From Rickettsiales bacterium (lineage in GTDB: Bacteria > Pseudomonadota > Alphaproteobacteria > Methylaequorales > Methylaequoraceae): DNA of 60,573 nt. The stretch is from contig NZFP01000019.1 in the NCBI GenBank assembly GCA_002689325.1, positions 1 to 60,573 of the forward strand, written 5' to 3'. Numbering within the stretch: the first letter of the stretch is position 1; the number at the start of each line of letters is the position of its first letter. Positions 8,820-17,738 of the stretch are shown here, piece after piece. The position numbers and the translations under genes were made by a program. The notes beneath the pieces were generated by a model. That model was not told the origin of the DNA and made no database searches. It saw nothing but the letters and a program-made list of their open reading frames with translations.

Positions 8820-9896
8820 ATGAGTAAAATTATCATTGGAAATTGTGAAGTAACTCAACAGTTAAAAAAGTTGGTAGATATGGTTTCTATTTCTAATTCT
8901 ACGGTTTTACTACGAGGTGAAACTGGTTGTGGAAAGGATGTTGTAGCAAGAGCAATACATTCAACCTCAAATAGAAAAGGTGAATTAGTAAATGTAAATT
9001 GTGCTGCCATTCCATCTGAACTTTTAGAATCAGAGTTGTTCGGTCATGAAAAAGGAGCCTTTACAGGTGCTGATTCTAAAAAAGAGGGAAGGTTTGAAGC
9101 ATCTAATGAGGGAACTCTTTTTTTAGATGAAATTGGGGATATGCCAATGCCACTTCAAGCAAAATTACTCAGGGCTATCGAAACAAAAACAATTCAGAGA
9201 GTTGGTGGCAAAGGTGAAATAAAATTAGATTTGAGGTTAATTTGTGCTACTCATCAAAATATTGAAAAAAAAATTGAAGATGGATTATTTAGAGCTGATT
9301 TATTTTACAGGATTAATGTTTTTCCAATTGAAATACCTACTCTTGCTGAGCGCAAGGATGATATACCTGAGTTACTAAATCATATACTTGAAGAAATAGA
9401 TGAAAATAAACAGAAAAATTTACCAATATTTGATGATTCAGCAATATCTGCTTTAAAAGAATATATTTGGCCAGGAAATATAAGGGAATTAAAAAATCTA
9501 ATAGAAAGAGCATCGATTATCTTTGCTAATAAAAAAATTAATGCAAAAAACATAAGAGAAAATCTTCTTAGAATAAATTTACCAGATTTCAAGGAAGAAA
9601 GTAATTTTGTTTGGGAAATGACATCAGAGTTGACAAATATCAAAGATTCAAAAAAAGAAACTGATTCAACAAATAACTCTTTACCTCACCCAAATAACTA
9701 TAAAAGTTGGTTTGATTATTTGGAAAAAATTGATCTCAGAAGGCACCTAAGTGAAGTTGAATGTATTTTAATTGAAGGTGCGCTAAAAAAAAATGATGGT
9801 TCTGTGACTTCTGCATCTAAAAGTCTAAAAATAAATCGTACAACTTTGATTGAAAAAATGAAAAAATATTCTATTCCAAGAGTCGGGAATGATTAG
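8820..9896 (+). CDS. sigma-54-dependent activator (bEBP) with an AAA+ core and a C-terminal Fis-type HTH but no N-terminal regulatory domain
   Basis: [24 protein letters not shown] and GNIRELKNL motifs. The C-terminal ...[34 protein letters not shown] is an HTH_8-like motif. The AAA+ domain begins about 10 aa after ATG 8820. The 22 codons upstream of it in the track ORF (8754) look non-coding. Confidence 0.85.
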   Translation: MSKIIIGNCEVTQQLKKLVDMVSISNSTVLLRGETGCGKDVVARAIHSTSNRKGELVNVNCAAIPSELLESELFGHEKGAFTGADSKKEGRFEASNEGTLFLDEIGDMPMPLQAKLLRAIETKTIQRVGGKGEIKLDLRLICATHQNIEKKIEDGLFRADLFYRINVFPIEIPTLAERKDDIPELLNHILEEIDENKQKNLPIFDDSAISALKEYIWPGNIRELKNLIERASIIFANKKINAKNIRENLLRINLPDFKEESNFVWEMTSELTNIKDSKKETDSTNNSLPHPNNYKSWFDYLEKIDLRRHLSEVECILIEGALKKNDGSVTSASKSLKINRTTLIEKMKKYSIPRVGND

Positions 9897-10807
9897 TTTC
9901 CGAGGTGTTTAATTCCTTTTTTCTTTGCTAATGAGATTTGTTTATTTCTCTCTTCAAAACTTTCTTTTTGTTTAATTGTAGTTATTTCATAACAATTTGG
10001 ACACGAAATTCCTTTTTTAAACATTTCAGAATTTTTATCTTTTTCATTTATTGGTGTGCGGCATGCAAAGCATTGATCGTAATTTCCTTTTTTTAAATTC
10101 TCTGTTATTGATACTCTTTCATCAAAGACAAAACATTCGCCAATCCAATTTTTGCTTTTATTTTTTGTTTGTTGAAAATATGAAATTATTCCGCCCTCAA
10201 GTTGAAAAACATCTTTAAAACCATTCTTTTTCAGGTAACTACTTGCTTTTTCACATCTAACGCCACCTGTGCAGAACATTGCTACTTTTTTATTTTTTAT
10301 TTTTTTTTTATTTTTTTTAAACCATTTGGGAAATTCTGTGAAATTTGATGAATTCACTAATATTGATCCTTTAAATGTTCCAATTTTGGATTCGTATTTA
10401 TTTCTTGTATCAATTAAAATAGTCTTTTTATCTGTTATTAATCTGTCCCATTCATCAGACTCTAAATGAACTCCTGTGTTTAAATTTGGATGAATATTTT
10501 TTTGACCCATTCTTATAATTTCTGGCTTGATTTTGATTTTAAGTCTTAAAAAAACATGTTCAAAATGATTTTGGACTTTAAAAAATATTTTTTTATTCAA
10601 AATTTTATTAATGAAGTTTTTAAATTTTAAACTATGGTCTTTTTTTATAGATATTGTTCCATTAATGCCTTCCGTAGCAATAAGAATGGTTCCTTTTGCT
10701 TTTTTTTTTATGAGAAAATCTTTAAGTTCAAATTTTAGTTGCTCTATTTTATTAAGATTAATAAATTCATAGAATGATATAACCTTATACTCTGTTTTCT
10801 TATGCAT
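9893..10807 (-). CDS. trhO: rhodanese-domain tRNA uridine(34) hydroxylase TrhO (YceA/UPF0176 family)
   Basis: ISFYEF N-terminal motif, rhodanese active-site loop [11 protein letters not shown], and a C-terminal Cys-rich tail. The track start is a TTG at 10822. ATG 10807 is more likely. Confidence 0.8.
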   Translation of the reverse strand: MHKKTEYKVISFYEFINLNKIEQLKFELKDFLIKKKAKGTILIATEGINGTISIKKDHSLKFKNFINKILNKKIFFKVQNHFEHVFLRLKIKIKPEIIRMGQKNIHPNLNTGVHLESDEWDRLITDKKTILIDTRNKYESKIGTFKGSILVNSSNFTEFPKWFKKNKKKIKNKKVAMFCTGGVRCEKASSYLKKNGFKDVFQLEGGIISYFQQTKNKSKNWIGECFVFDERVSITENLKKGNYDQCFACRTPINEKDKNSEMFKKGISCPNCYEITTIKQKESFEERNKQISLAKKKGIKHLGN

Positions 10808-11422
10808 GATCTTTTTTTTCAAAATTTATTAAAAACATTTGTTGCTATTGACCCTTTGTCTTTAATTCCTCTTTTTGTGGTTCTTACGTCTAATATTGAC
10901 TCAAAAAAAACATTAAAACTGTCCATAATGGTTTTTTTAATAACATCATCTGTACTAACATTTTTTTTATTTTTCGGGAACATTTTTTTAGTGTTCATGG
11001 GAATATCGATTTATTCCTTCCAAATAATTGGAGGTATTTTTTTATTATTTATTTCTTACGAAATGGTATTCGAAAAAAGAATAAAGAGAAAAAAAAATTT
11101 TTCAGATGAGATTCTGGATGACAAAAGTTTAAAAAATATTGCTGTTTTTCCAATATCCATTCCTCTTATTATCGGACCTTCTGTATTGACATTATCAGTT
11201 TTAATCTCAAAAAACTTTAATTATACTTTTTTTAATTTCTACACACAATTTTTTCCCATGATTTTAATTTTAATGTTGACTTCAGTTATTATTTTTTTCT
11301 CAACTTACTTATTGAAGATTTTAAATGAAACCATTATAAAAGTTTTACAAAAAATATTTGGAATAATTTTAGGTGCACTTTCTGTGGAATTTATTATAAG
11401 TGGTATTAAAGGAGTAATATGA
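10802..11422 (+). CDS. MarC-family (UPF0056/NAAT) integral membrane protein
   Basis: N-terminal FVAIDPLSLIPLFV motif and about six hydrophobic segments, typical of the MarC family. Confidence 0.65.
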   Translation: MHDLFFQNLLKTFVAIDPLSLIPLFVVLTSNIDSKKTLKLSIMVFLITSSVLTFFLFFGNIFLVFMGISIYSFQIIGGIFLLFISYEMVFEKRIKRKKNFSDEILDDKSLKNIAVFPISIPLIIGPSVLTLSVLISKNFNYTFFNFYTQFFPMILILMLTSVIIFFSTYLLKILNETIIKVLQKIFGIILGALSVEFIISGIKGVI

Positions 11423-11580
11423 AGATTAAGTCACCGTGTATTGAAAAATGCCAACTTGATGATGAAGGAAAATTTTGTTTGGGATGTCTAAGATATCTAG
11501 ATGAAATTTCTGGTTGGGAAACCTTTTCCGAAGAAAAAAAAAAAGTTATTCTTGATAATATTGAGATGAGGAAAGTATGA
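11419..11580 (+). CDS. small Cys-rich DUF1289-like protein (53 aa, absent from the ORF track)
   Basis: Hand translation is MKIKSPCIEKCQLDDEGKFCLGCLRYLDEISGWETFSEEKKKVILDNIEMRKV. The SPC..C-x-C.GC.R...EI..W pattern is that of DUF1289. It has ATGA overlaps with both neighbours. Confidence 0.6.
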   Translation: MKIKSPCIEKCQLDDEGKFCLGCLRYLDEISGWETFSEEKKKVILDNIEMRKV

Positions 11581-11888
11581 AGATTATTTTTTTTTGGCTA
11601 TTATTTTCTTACACCCTAACTTTTGCACAAAATAGTTGGCTGGGAGAGTGGATAGCACTTGATCAATGGCAATCAGAATTTTCTATTAAAATTAACAAAG
11701 ATGGTTCAGCAACCTCTAATTATGGAAATGGTGAAAGTGGTAGCTGGAAAATAGTTGATGGAAACTTAGAAATCATTTGGAATTCTGGAAAGTCTGATTA
11801 CTTTTTTCAAGGTGTAATGGGTTATCAAAGAATTAGCAAAAATAAAAATAATAGTTATTCTTCTGGACTTAAAAGATTACCTAACTAA
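11577..11888 (+). CDS. hypothetical secreted protein
   Basis: N-terminal signal-like MKIIFFWLLFSYTLTFAQN, translationally coupled to the preceding ORF. I recognise no family. Confidence 0.4.
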   Translation: MKIIFFWLLFSYTLTFAQNSWLGEWIALDQWQSEFSIKINKDGSATSNYGNGESGSWKIVDGNLEIIWNSGKSDYFFQGVMGYQRISKNKNNSYSSGLKRLPN

Positions 11889-12167
11889 TTTTAAAGATGG
11901 TTTTTTTAGGTGGTTAACAATTACATTTAAAGTGCTAGAGTAAATAACTATACAATTATTATGGAGTAAGCTGTAGGCTTTTTTCCTTAATAAATCCTTT
12001 TTTATTTGATAGTATGGAACAAACTTAAATGATTTGTGAATAGAAAAAACGGCGTAATTTTTCTGAAAGCTTATTGAATAATCCTTCCATTCGCCTGTGG
12101 ATATTTTTTTTGAATAAACCTCCATTATGAGGTTTATTTCTTTTTTTTTAAATCTTACTATACTCAC
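11877..12167 (-). CDS. DUF2794-like conserved alphaproteobacterial protein
   Basis: FKKKEINLIMEVYSKKISTGEWKDYSI resembles the DUF2794 signature (..EL..IL..Y...V..GEWrDYai). GTG start at 12167. Confidence 0.5.
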   Translation of the reverse strand: MSIVRFKKKEINLIMEVYSKKISTGEWKDYSISFQKNYAVFSIHKSFKFVPYYQIKKDLLRKKAYSLLHNNCIVIYSSTLNVIVNHLKKPSLKLVR

Positions 12168-12238
12168 ATTTTAAATTATAGAATTGATTTTTTTAAGATA
12201 AAATATAAATACTTATAAAAACATAAAAAAAAAAAAAT

Positions 12239-12880
12239 ATGAGTGAAGAATTTGTAAGAGAAGTTGACGAAGATGTCAAAGAGGAAAAAAGAATTAAACT
12301 TTGGAAAAAAGTTTTTCCTTACGTAGTAAGTATTTCCCTCGGTATTATAATTTTTACTTCTGGTTATGTCTTTTGGAATAATTATACAGAAAGTTTAAAT
12401 CAGCAATTAGGGGATGATTTTACTGCAGCAGTACAATTAGCTAATGAAGAGGATTTAGACGCCTCAATAGTTGCCCTCAATAGGATAGTAGATGAAGGTT
12501 CGGATGGTTATGTTACAATAGCAAAAATGAAGAAAGCTTCAATACTGATTCAAAGAGGAGAGCTCAAATCAGGCCTAGAAATATATTTGGATTTGGAAAG
12601 AAATGCAGTTGATCAATCTTTTAGGGACATAGCTTCAATATTGTACGTCCTAAACTCTATGGATACTAAAGACCCACAAATTTTGTTGGAAAAAATTAAT
12701 AAATTAGAATCTAGTCAAATATGGAGATCTTCAGCACTAGAGATGAAGGCGTTTTTGAAGCTTAAACAAAACAAAACAGATGAAGCACGTAAGGCTTTTG
12801 AGGCAATTTTAAGTCTACCTAGTACACCTTCATCATTAGCTACAAGAGCAAAAAATATGGTTGATTACCTCAAGGACTAA
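12239..12880 (+). CDS. YfgM-like membrane-anchored TPR-like protein
   Basis: Acidic N-terminus, one TM helix (VFPYVVSISLGIIIFTSGYVFW) and a helical repeat region. It occupies the yfgM position in a yfgM-bamB-der arrangement. Confidence 0.5.
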   Translation: MSEEFVREVDEDVKEEKRIKLWKKVFPYVVSISLGIIIFTSGYVFWNNYTESLNQQLGDDFTAAVQLANEEDLDASIVALNRIVDEGSDGYVTIAKMKKASILIQRGELKSGLEIYLDLERNAVDQSFRDIASILYVLNSMDTKDPQILLEKINKLESSQIWRSSALEMKAFLKLKQNKTDEARKAFEAILSLPSTPSSLATRAKNMVDYLKD

Positions 12881-12882
12881 AT

Positions 12883-14175
12883 TTGATAAAGTCGTTTGCT
12901 TTAAAATTGTTTTTATCTTCATTTCTCTTATCCTCATGTGCGTTACTTGATGATGAAAATGAAAGTATTCTTCCGGGCAAAAGAGAGAGTGTTTATGAAT
13001 CTGAAGAAAAATTAATTTTAAAGGCTAATAAAAGAATTAAATTAGAAAAACCAAAAATTATTTCTGATTGGGTTCAACAACATCAAAATCTTAAAAATCA
13101 TTTGTTTCACTTTAAGAGTAAGCCCACTCTTAAATTTACAAAAAGAATAAGGCTTGGTGATATAAGTTTAGATAAATTCCAATATGTCACACCACCAATA
13201 ATATTCGAGAATACAATTTTTTATTATGATAATGATTTTAGTGTCGTATCCAAAAATATAAATACAGGAAAAATAAATTGGAGTATTAAACTTCAATTTG
13301 AAAAGCAAGAAAAATTTTCATTAGTTTCAGGATTCTTTTTAGATAATAAAACATTATTTTTTTCTACCGGTTTAGGGAACATCTATGCTGTTGATTCAGT
13401 TGATGGTAGAATTAAATGGTTTAAAAAATTTGGCATTCAGTTTTCTCGTCCACCTGTCGTAAGTAAAGAAAAAATTTTTTTAGTTTCTGATGACAATCAA
13501 CTTTATGCAATAAGTAAAAAAAATGGAGATGTGGTATGGAGTCACTTAGGAAATATTGAGGAACTATCAATAATTGGTGGATCTAAACCAGCTTTAGATG
13601 AAGGAATAATAGTTGTTTCTTATTCTTCAGGTGAGATTTTCGCGTTAGATGAAACTAATGGCTCGATTATTTGGTTTGATAATATAAGTACCTCTAATTT
13701 TTTTTCAAAAACAAATATTAATGATATTCAGTCACCAATCTGTATTGAAAAAGGAAAACTATTTGTTCCAACCTTTTCAAATAAACTATTGGTATATGAT
13801 CTTAAAACAGGAAAAAAATCGTGGGATTTGAAATTATCATCAATAAACCCAATGGTAATCTCTGGAGAAACGATTTATGTAATAGATATTAATAGTAAAT
13901 TAATGAGTATAGATAAGGTTTCAGGAAAACTTCTCTGGGCCGTTCAACTTAGATCAAAAAAAGGTAAAACTGAAATAAATTGGTCAGGCCCTTTATTGAG
14001 TTCATACAAGTTACTGGTAGTATCTTCTGATGGTACGATACTTTCACTATCTCCTTTTACAGGAAAGACAATTAGTAAAATTAAGTTTAAAGAAAGTTTT
14101 ATATCTGGACCAATTCAAGTTAATGAAAAAATTTATTTAATTTCTAAACAAGGTTCATTATATACTTTAAATTAA
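12883..14175 (+). CDS. bamB: outer membrane protein assembly factor BamB (PQQ-like beta-propeller lipoprotein)
   Basis: Lipobox LLSSC after a signal sequence, repeated WxxxxG propeller-type blades, and position between the yfgM-like gene and der. TTG start. Confidence 0.75.
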   Translation: MIKSFALKLFLSSFLLSSCALLDDENESILPGKRESVYESEEKLILKANKRIKLEKPKIISDWVQQHQNLKNHLFHFKSKPTLKFTKRIRLGDISLDKFQYVTPPIIFENTIFYYDNDFSVVSKNINTGKINWSIKLQFEKQEKFSLVSGFFLDNKTLFFSTGLGNIYAVDSVDGRIKWFKKFGIQFSRPPVVSKEKIFLVSDDNQLYAISKKNGDVVWSHLGNIEELSIIGGSKPALDEGIIVVSYSSGEIFALDETNGSIIWFDNISTSNFFSKTNINDIQSPICIEKGKLFVPTFSNKLLVYDLKTGKKSWDLKLSSINPMVISGETIYVIDINSKLMSIDKVSGKLLWAVQLRSKKGKTEINWSGPLLSSYKLLVVSSDGTILSLSPFTGKTISKIKFKESFISGPIQVNEKIYLISKQGSLYTLN

Positions 14176-15507
14176 ATGACTAACAATATATTAATTGTAG
14201 GAAAGCCCAATGTCGGTAAATCCTCACTATTTAACGCTTTAGTAAAAAAAAACCTAGCTTTAGTCAATAATACACCAAGATATACAAGAGATATAAAAAA
14301 AAAACAATTTGAATTATCTGGTCATGATATAACTCTGATTGATACCCCAGGACTTTTTGAACCAAAAGATGAAATTGAAGAGAAAATAATTCAATATACC
14401 ACCGATCAAATCTCTAAAAGTGATTTAATTTTACTAGTTTTTAATGCAAAAGAACAACTTACTAATGATGATCATAAGTTGGTATCTCTTATTAGAAGGT
14501 GCGAAAAAAAAAAGATTATCGTTCTTAATAAAACTGAGGGAAATTATAATTCCGATATAATTCACGATATTGAAAAACTTGGTTTTGGTCTGCCAATTTT
14601 GATTTCATCTGCGCACATGAAATCTATTGATATTTTGGAGGAGAGGATTCTTCAAAATCTTAAATTAAAAAAGAACACAAAAGAATTCTCTAGAGATATT
14701 TCTGAAAGATTAAGTATAGCAATAGTTGGAAAAACTAACTCTGGGAAATCAACTCTGATGAATTCTATAAGTGGTCAGGATGTTTCAATAACAGGTAACA
14801 AACCTTATCTTACAAGAGATGCAGTGGAAGTTACTATTGAGACAAAAAAACTAAATTTTAAAATAATTGATACAGCTGGTTTCAGCAAAGATTTAAGTGG
14901 ATCTAAAAAATTGAATAAAGATTTTATTGATCAAACCAAAAAAAAAATAAGATTATCTCAAATGATTTTGATAGTTATGGACATTGATGATTATTTTGAA
15001 AGATTACATTCAAGAATTATTAGATTAGTTTATGATGAGAACAGATGTATGTTACTTGTAATAAATAAAACTGACAAATATCAAAGAATATCTGAAGAAT
15101 CTGTAAAAAAAAAAATCTATGATTTAAATCCCCAAATTAATGGGTTACCCATTTGTTTTGTTTCAGCAAAAAAAAAAGTTGGAATTTCGTCACTATTTAA
15201 ACAAGTCATTAGTCAAAGTTTAATATGGAAAAAAAGAATTTCAACGGGAAAACTTAACACTTGGATGGAGAATATTGTAAAAAAAACTCCCCCTCCCTTA
15301 CATAAAGGTCGTTCTATAAAATTTAAATATATTACGCAATCTAACTCAGCTCCTCCTAAGTTCAACATATATGTTAATTATATCAAGGCCATTAAACCTG
15401 ATTATAAAAGATTTTTAGAAAATAATGTTCGTAAGAGCTTTAATTTAAATGGGTTGCCGATTAAAATAGTCTACAAGAAATCCCAAAACCCATTTAGTCA
15501 AAAATGA
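14176..15507 (+). CDS. der: ribosome-associated GTPase Der (EngA)
   Basis: Two tandem GTPase domains (GKPNVGKSSLFN ... DTPG; GKTNSGKSTLMN ... DTAG) plus a C-terminal KH-like domain. Confidence 0.95.
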   Translation: MTNNILIVGKPNVGKSSLFNALVKKNLALVNNTPRYTRDIKKKQFELSGHDITLIDTPGLFEPKDEIEEKIIQYTTDQISKSDLILLVFNAKEQLTNDDHKLVSLIRRCEKKKIIVLNKTEGNYNSDIIHDIEKLGFGLPILISSAHMKSIDILEERILQNLKLKKNTKEFSRDISERLSIAIVGKTNSGKSTLMNSISGQDVSITGNKPYLTRDAVEVTIETKKLNFKIIDTAGFSKDLSGSKKLNKDFIDQTKKKIRLSQMILIVMDIDDYFERLHSRIIRLVYDENRCMLLVINKTDKYQRISEESVKKKIYDLNPQINGLPICFVSAKKKVGISSLFKQVISQSLIWKKRISTGKLNTWMENIVKKTPPPLHKGRSIKFKYITQSNSAPPKFNIYVNYIKAIKPDYKRFLENNVRKSFNLNGLPIKIVYKKSQNPFSQK

Positions 15508-15786
15508 TAAATTTTTTTTTTTATAGTAATAATTTCATTTTCTTTTAAGTATTCAATTTCAAATGAAATTAATCCGATCATCATAGAAGAAAATTGTAAA
15601 TCATGTCATGGCAAAAATTATTCAGGTAATAAATATATTAAATCAATTAAGGATTTAGATAGAAAAGTATTTATACAAAAAATGAAAAATTATAAAAAAA
15701 TAAATGATAATTCAGTTATGTCTAGAATTGTTAGAGTGCTTTCAATTAATGATATAGAAGAAATAGCGAAAATAATTTATGATTAA
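15504..15786 (+). CDS. fccA: monohaem c-type cytochrome, probable cytochrome subunit of flavocytochrome c sulfide dehydrogenase. The reading frame is disconnected from its ATG by a T11 tract.
   Basis: The open frame 15511-15786 encodes (I)FFFIVIISFSFKYSISNEINPIIIEENCKSCHGKNYSG...NDNSVMSRIVRVLSINDIEEIAKIIYD. It has a signal-like N-terminus, CxxCH (15595-15609) and a distal Met. This frame has no ATG, GTG or TTG at its head. ATG 15504 (an ATGA overlap with the der stop) is one base out of frame across T11 (15512-15522). Confidence 0.6.
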
Positions 15787-17050
15787 AAAGAAAAGATTAT
15801 TTTTAAATTCTATTTTTCAGTGGACCTTAGTTTTTTTACTAAATCAAATAGGATTATCAAAAAAAATTCATGCCAAAAATAAACCAAAAGTTGTTGTTTT
15901 AGGAGCAGGGTTTGGTGGAGCGTCTTGTGTTAATTATCTTTCTAATTTTACAGATTTAATTGATTTAATAGTTGTTGACAAAAATAGATGGATCAAAACT
16001 TGTCCTTTTTCAAATTTAGTAATTGGAAACCTACTTGATGAGTCCAAAATAACATTCAAACCAAGATTTAATAAGAATGTAAAATTTGTTGTAAATGAAC
16101 TTAAATTTATTGACGCTGATAAAAAAGAAATTTTATTTGTTGATGAATTATCGCTTGATTATGATTTTCTAATTATGGCTCCTGGAATAGGATATAAAAA
16201 AAAACAGATTCAGGGTTATTCAATTGATGATAATGAAAATATACCTCATTGTTGGGATGGTGAAAATAAAATATCTTACTTTAAAAAAAGTTTAGATTCT
16301 CTTGAAAATAATTGCAAGGTAATAATTTCTTGCCCTGATTATCCATATCGCTGTCCTCCTGCACCCTATGAAAGGGCATCTATGATTGCAAGTTTTCTAA
16401 AAAATAAAAAGAATAAATTTAAAATCTTAATTTTTGATTCTAAAAATTCATTTACAAAAAAAAATATTTTTTTTAAAGAATGGAAAAAGCTTTACGGTGA
16501 CTCAATTGAATGGATTAGTAGAAAAAAAGGAGGTTTGATAAACAGACTTGAAAAAAATCGGGTCATTAATAATGACGGTGAAAAAATAGATGGTGATTTT
16601 ATTCACATAATACCTGAACAAAGTGCAGGAAAAATAATTTTCGATTCTAAATTATGTAACGGTGATTGGTGCAAAATAAATCCACAAACATTTCAACTAT
16701 TAAATTTTAAAGATATATATGTCGTTGGTGACTCTATTGACGCCGGTGATATGCCAAAATCTGCTTTTTCTGCAGAAAGTCAAGCAAAAATATTATCTTT
16801 AAACTTAGTTAATAGAATCCTAGAAAAAGCTTATTTAGATCCAGTATTCTTAAACACATGTTATAGTTTTTCATCCTATGACAGAGCTTTTTCTATAACA
16901 TCTTGGTATAGATTAAATAGTAATAATGATAGGATTGTTTCTCTTGGAAGTTCTCAAAGCTCTGAAGATGGTTTGCTTAATGAGAGGTTAAGAGAGTCAA
17001 AAGAAGCATATGGATGGTATGAAAGTATTACTAAAGCTTTATACGGGTAA
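15779..17050 (+). CDS. fccB: FCSD-type flavoprotein (flavocytochrome c sulfide dehydrogenase FccB/SoxF-like)
   Basis: Signal-like N-terminus (KKRLFL...), FAD fold VVVLGAGFGGASC, CPFSNLVIG, and YRCPPAPYERASMIA, which is characteristic of FCSD flavoproteins. It overlaps the cytochrome ORF by 8 nt. Confidence 0.7.
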   Translation: MIKKKRLFLNSIFQWTLVFLLNQIGLSKKIHAKNKPKVVVLGAGFGGASCVNYLSNFTDLIDLIVVDKNRWIKTCPFSNLVIGNLLDESKITFKPRFNKNVKFVVNELKFIDADKKEILFVDELSLDYDFLIMAPGIGYKKKQIQGYSIDDNENIPHCWDGENKISYFKKSLDSLENNCKVIISCPDYPYRCPPAPYERASMIASFLKNKKNKFKILIFDSKNSFTKKNIFFKEWKKLYGDSIEWISRKKGGLINRLEKNRVINNDGEKIDGDFIHIIPEQSAGKIIFDSKLCNGDWCKINPQTFQLLNFKDIYVVGDSIDAGDMPKSAFSAESQAKILSLNLVNRILEKAYLDPVFLNTCYSFSSYDRAFSITSWYRLNSNNDRIVSLGSSQSSEDGLLNERLRESKEAYGWYESITKALYG

Positions 17051-17072
17051 ATTTTATCAGCAAATAAATTTC

Positions 17073-17729
17073 TTAAGCAAATGATTTTTCAATAATTTCT
17101 TTTATAAAATTTTCAGTAATTAGTTTTTTCTTTCCAGCAGTCAATGAGGTGATCCCCCTCTCTAAATTTGGTGATTCAACAATTCTGGTGTCTATATCAA
17201 GCCTTTTGTTTTCAGATTTGTAAATGTTAGCAAGTGTTTTAATCGCTGCTTGTGAAATGCTTAAAATATTATGATAGGGCTTTCCAACAGAAATTTTTGA
17301 GTTATTTAAAAAAATAATTTTTGGACTTTTAGAGTTTTTAATTATAGGCTCTAATTCTTTAAGTATTCTCCAGTAACAATTTATGTTAATTTCCATTAGT
17401 TTACTCCACTCTTGATGTGAAAAGTGTGTAAGAGGACTTAATCTTTGAAATAATCCAACTAAAATAAATAAAAAATTAATCTTTTGGAATCTGGTAGAAA
17501 TTGATTGAGCTAAATTTTTATAAAAATTTTCGTTATTTAGATCTCCTTGCACTAATATTTGACTCTTTTTTATTTTTTGAATTTTATTATCTAACTCACT
17601 TAACTTTTCAATTGACTGTCCGTGAAGAATTAACTTACAACCCAACTTTGATAACTCATAAGATAGTTTTTGTCCTATAAAACCTGTAGCACCAAAAATG
17701 ATTCCTTTTTTATTTTTTAAATCATACAT
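17073..17729 (-). CDS. SDR-family NAD(P)-dependent oxidoreductase
   Basis: N-terminal Rossmann motif GIIFGATGFIGQKL and a length typical of short-chain dehydrogenases. It lies downstream of purF. Confidence 0.65.
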   Translation of the reverse strand: MYDLKNKKGIIFGATGFIGQKLSYELSKLGCKLILHGQSIEKLSELDNKIQKIKKSQILVQGDLNNENFYKNLAQSISTRFQKINFLFILVGLFQRLSPLTHFSHQEWSKLMEININCYWRILKELEPIIKNSKSPKIIFLNNSKISVGKPYHNILSISQAAIKTLANIYKSENKRLDIDTRIVESPNLERGITSLTAGKKKLITENFIKEIIEKSFA

Positions 17730-17738
17730 TACTTGATA

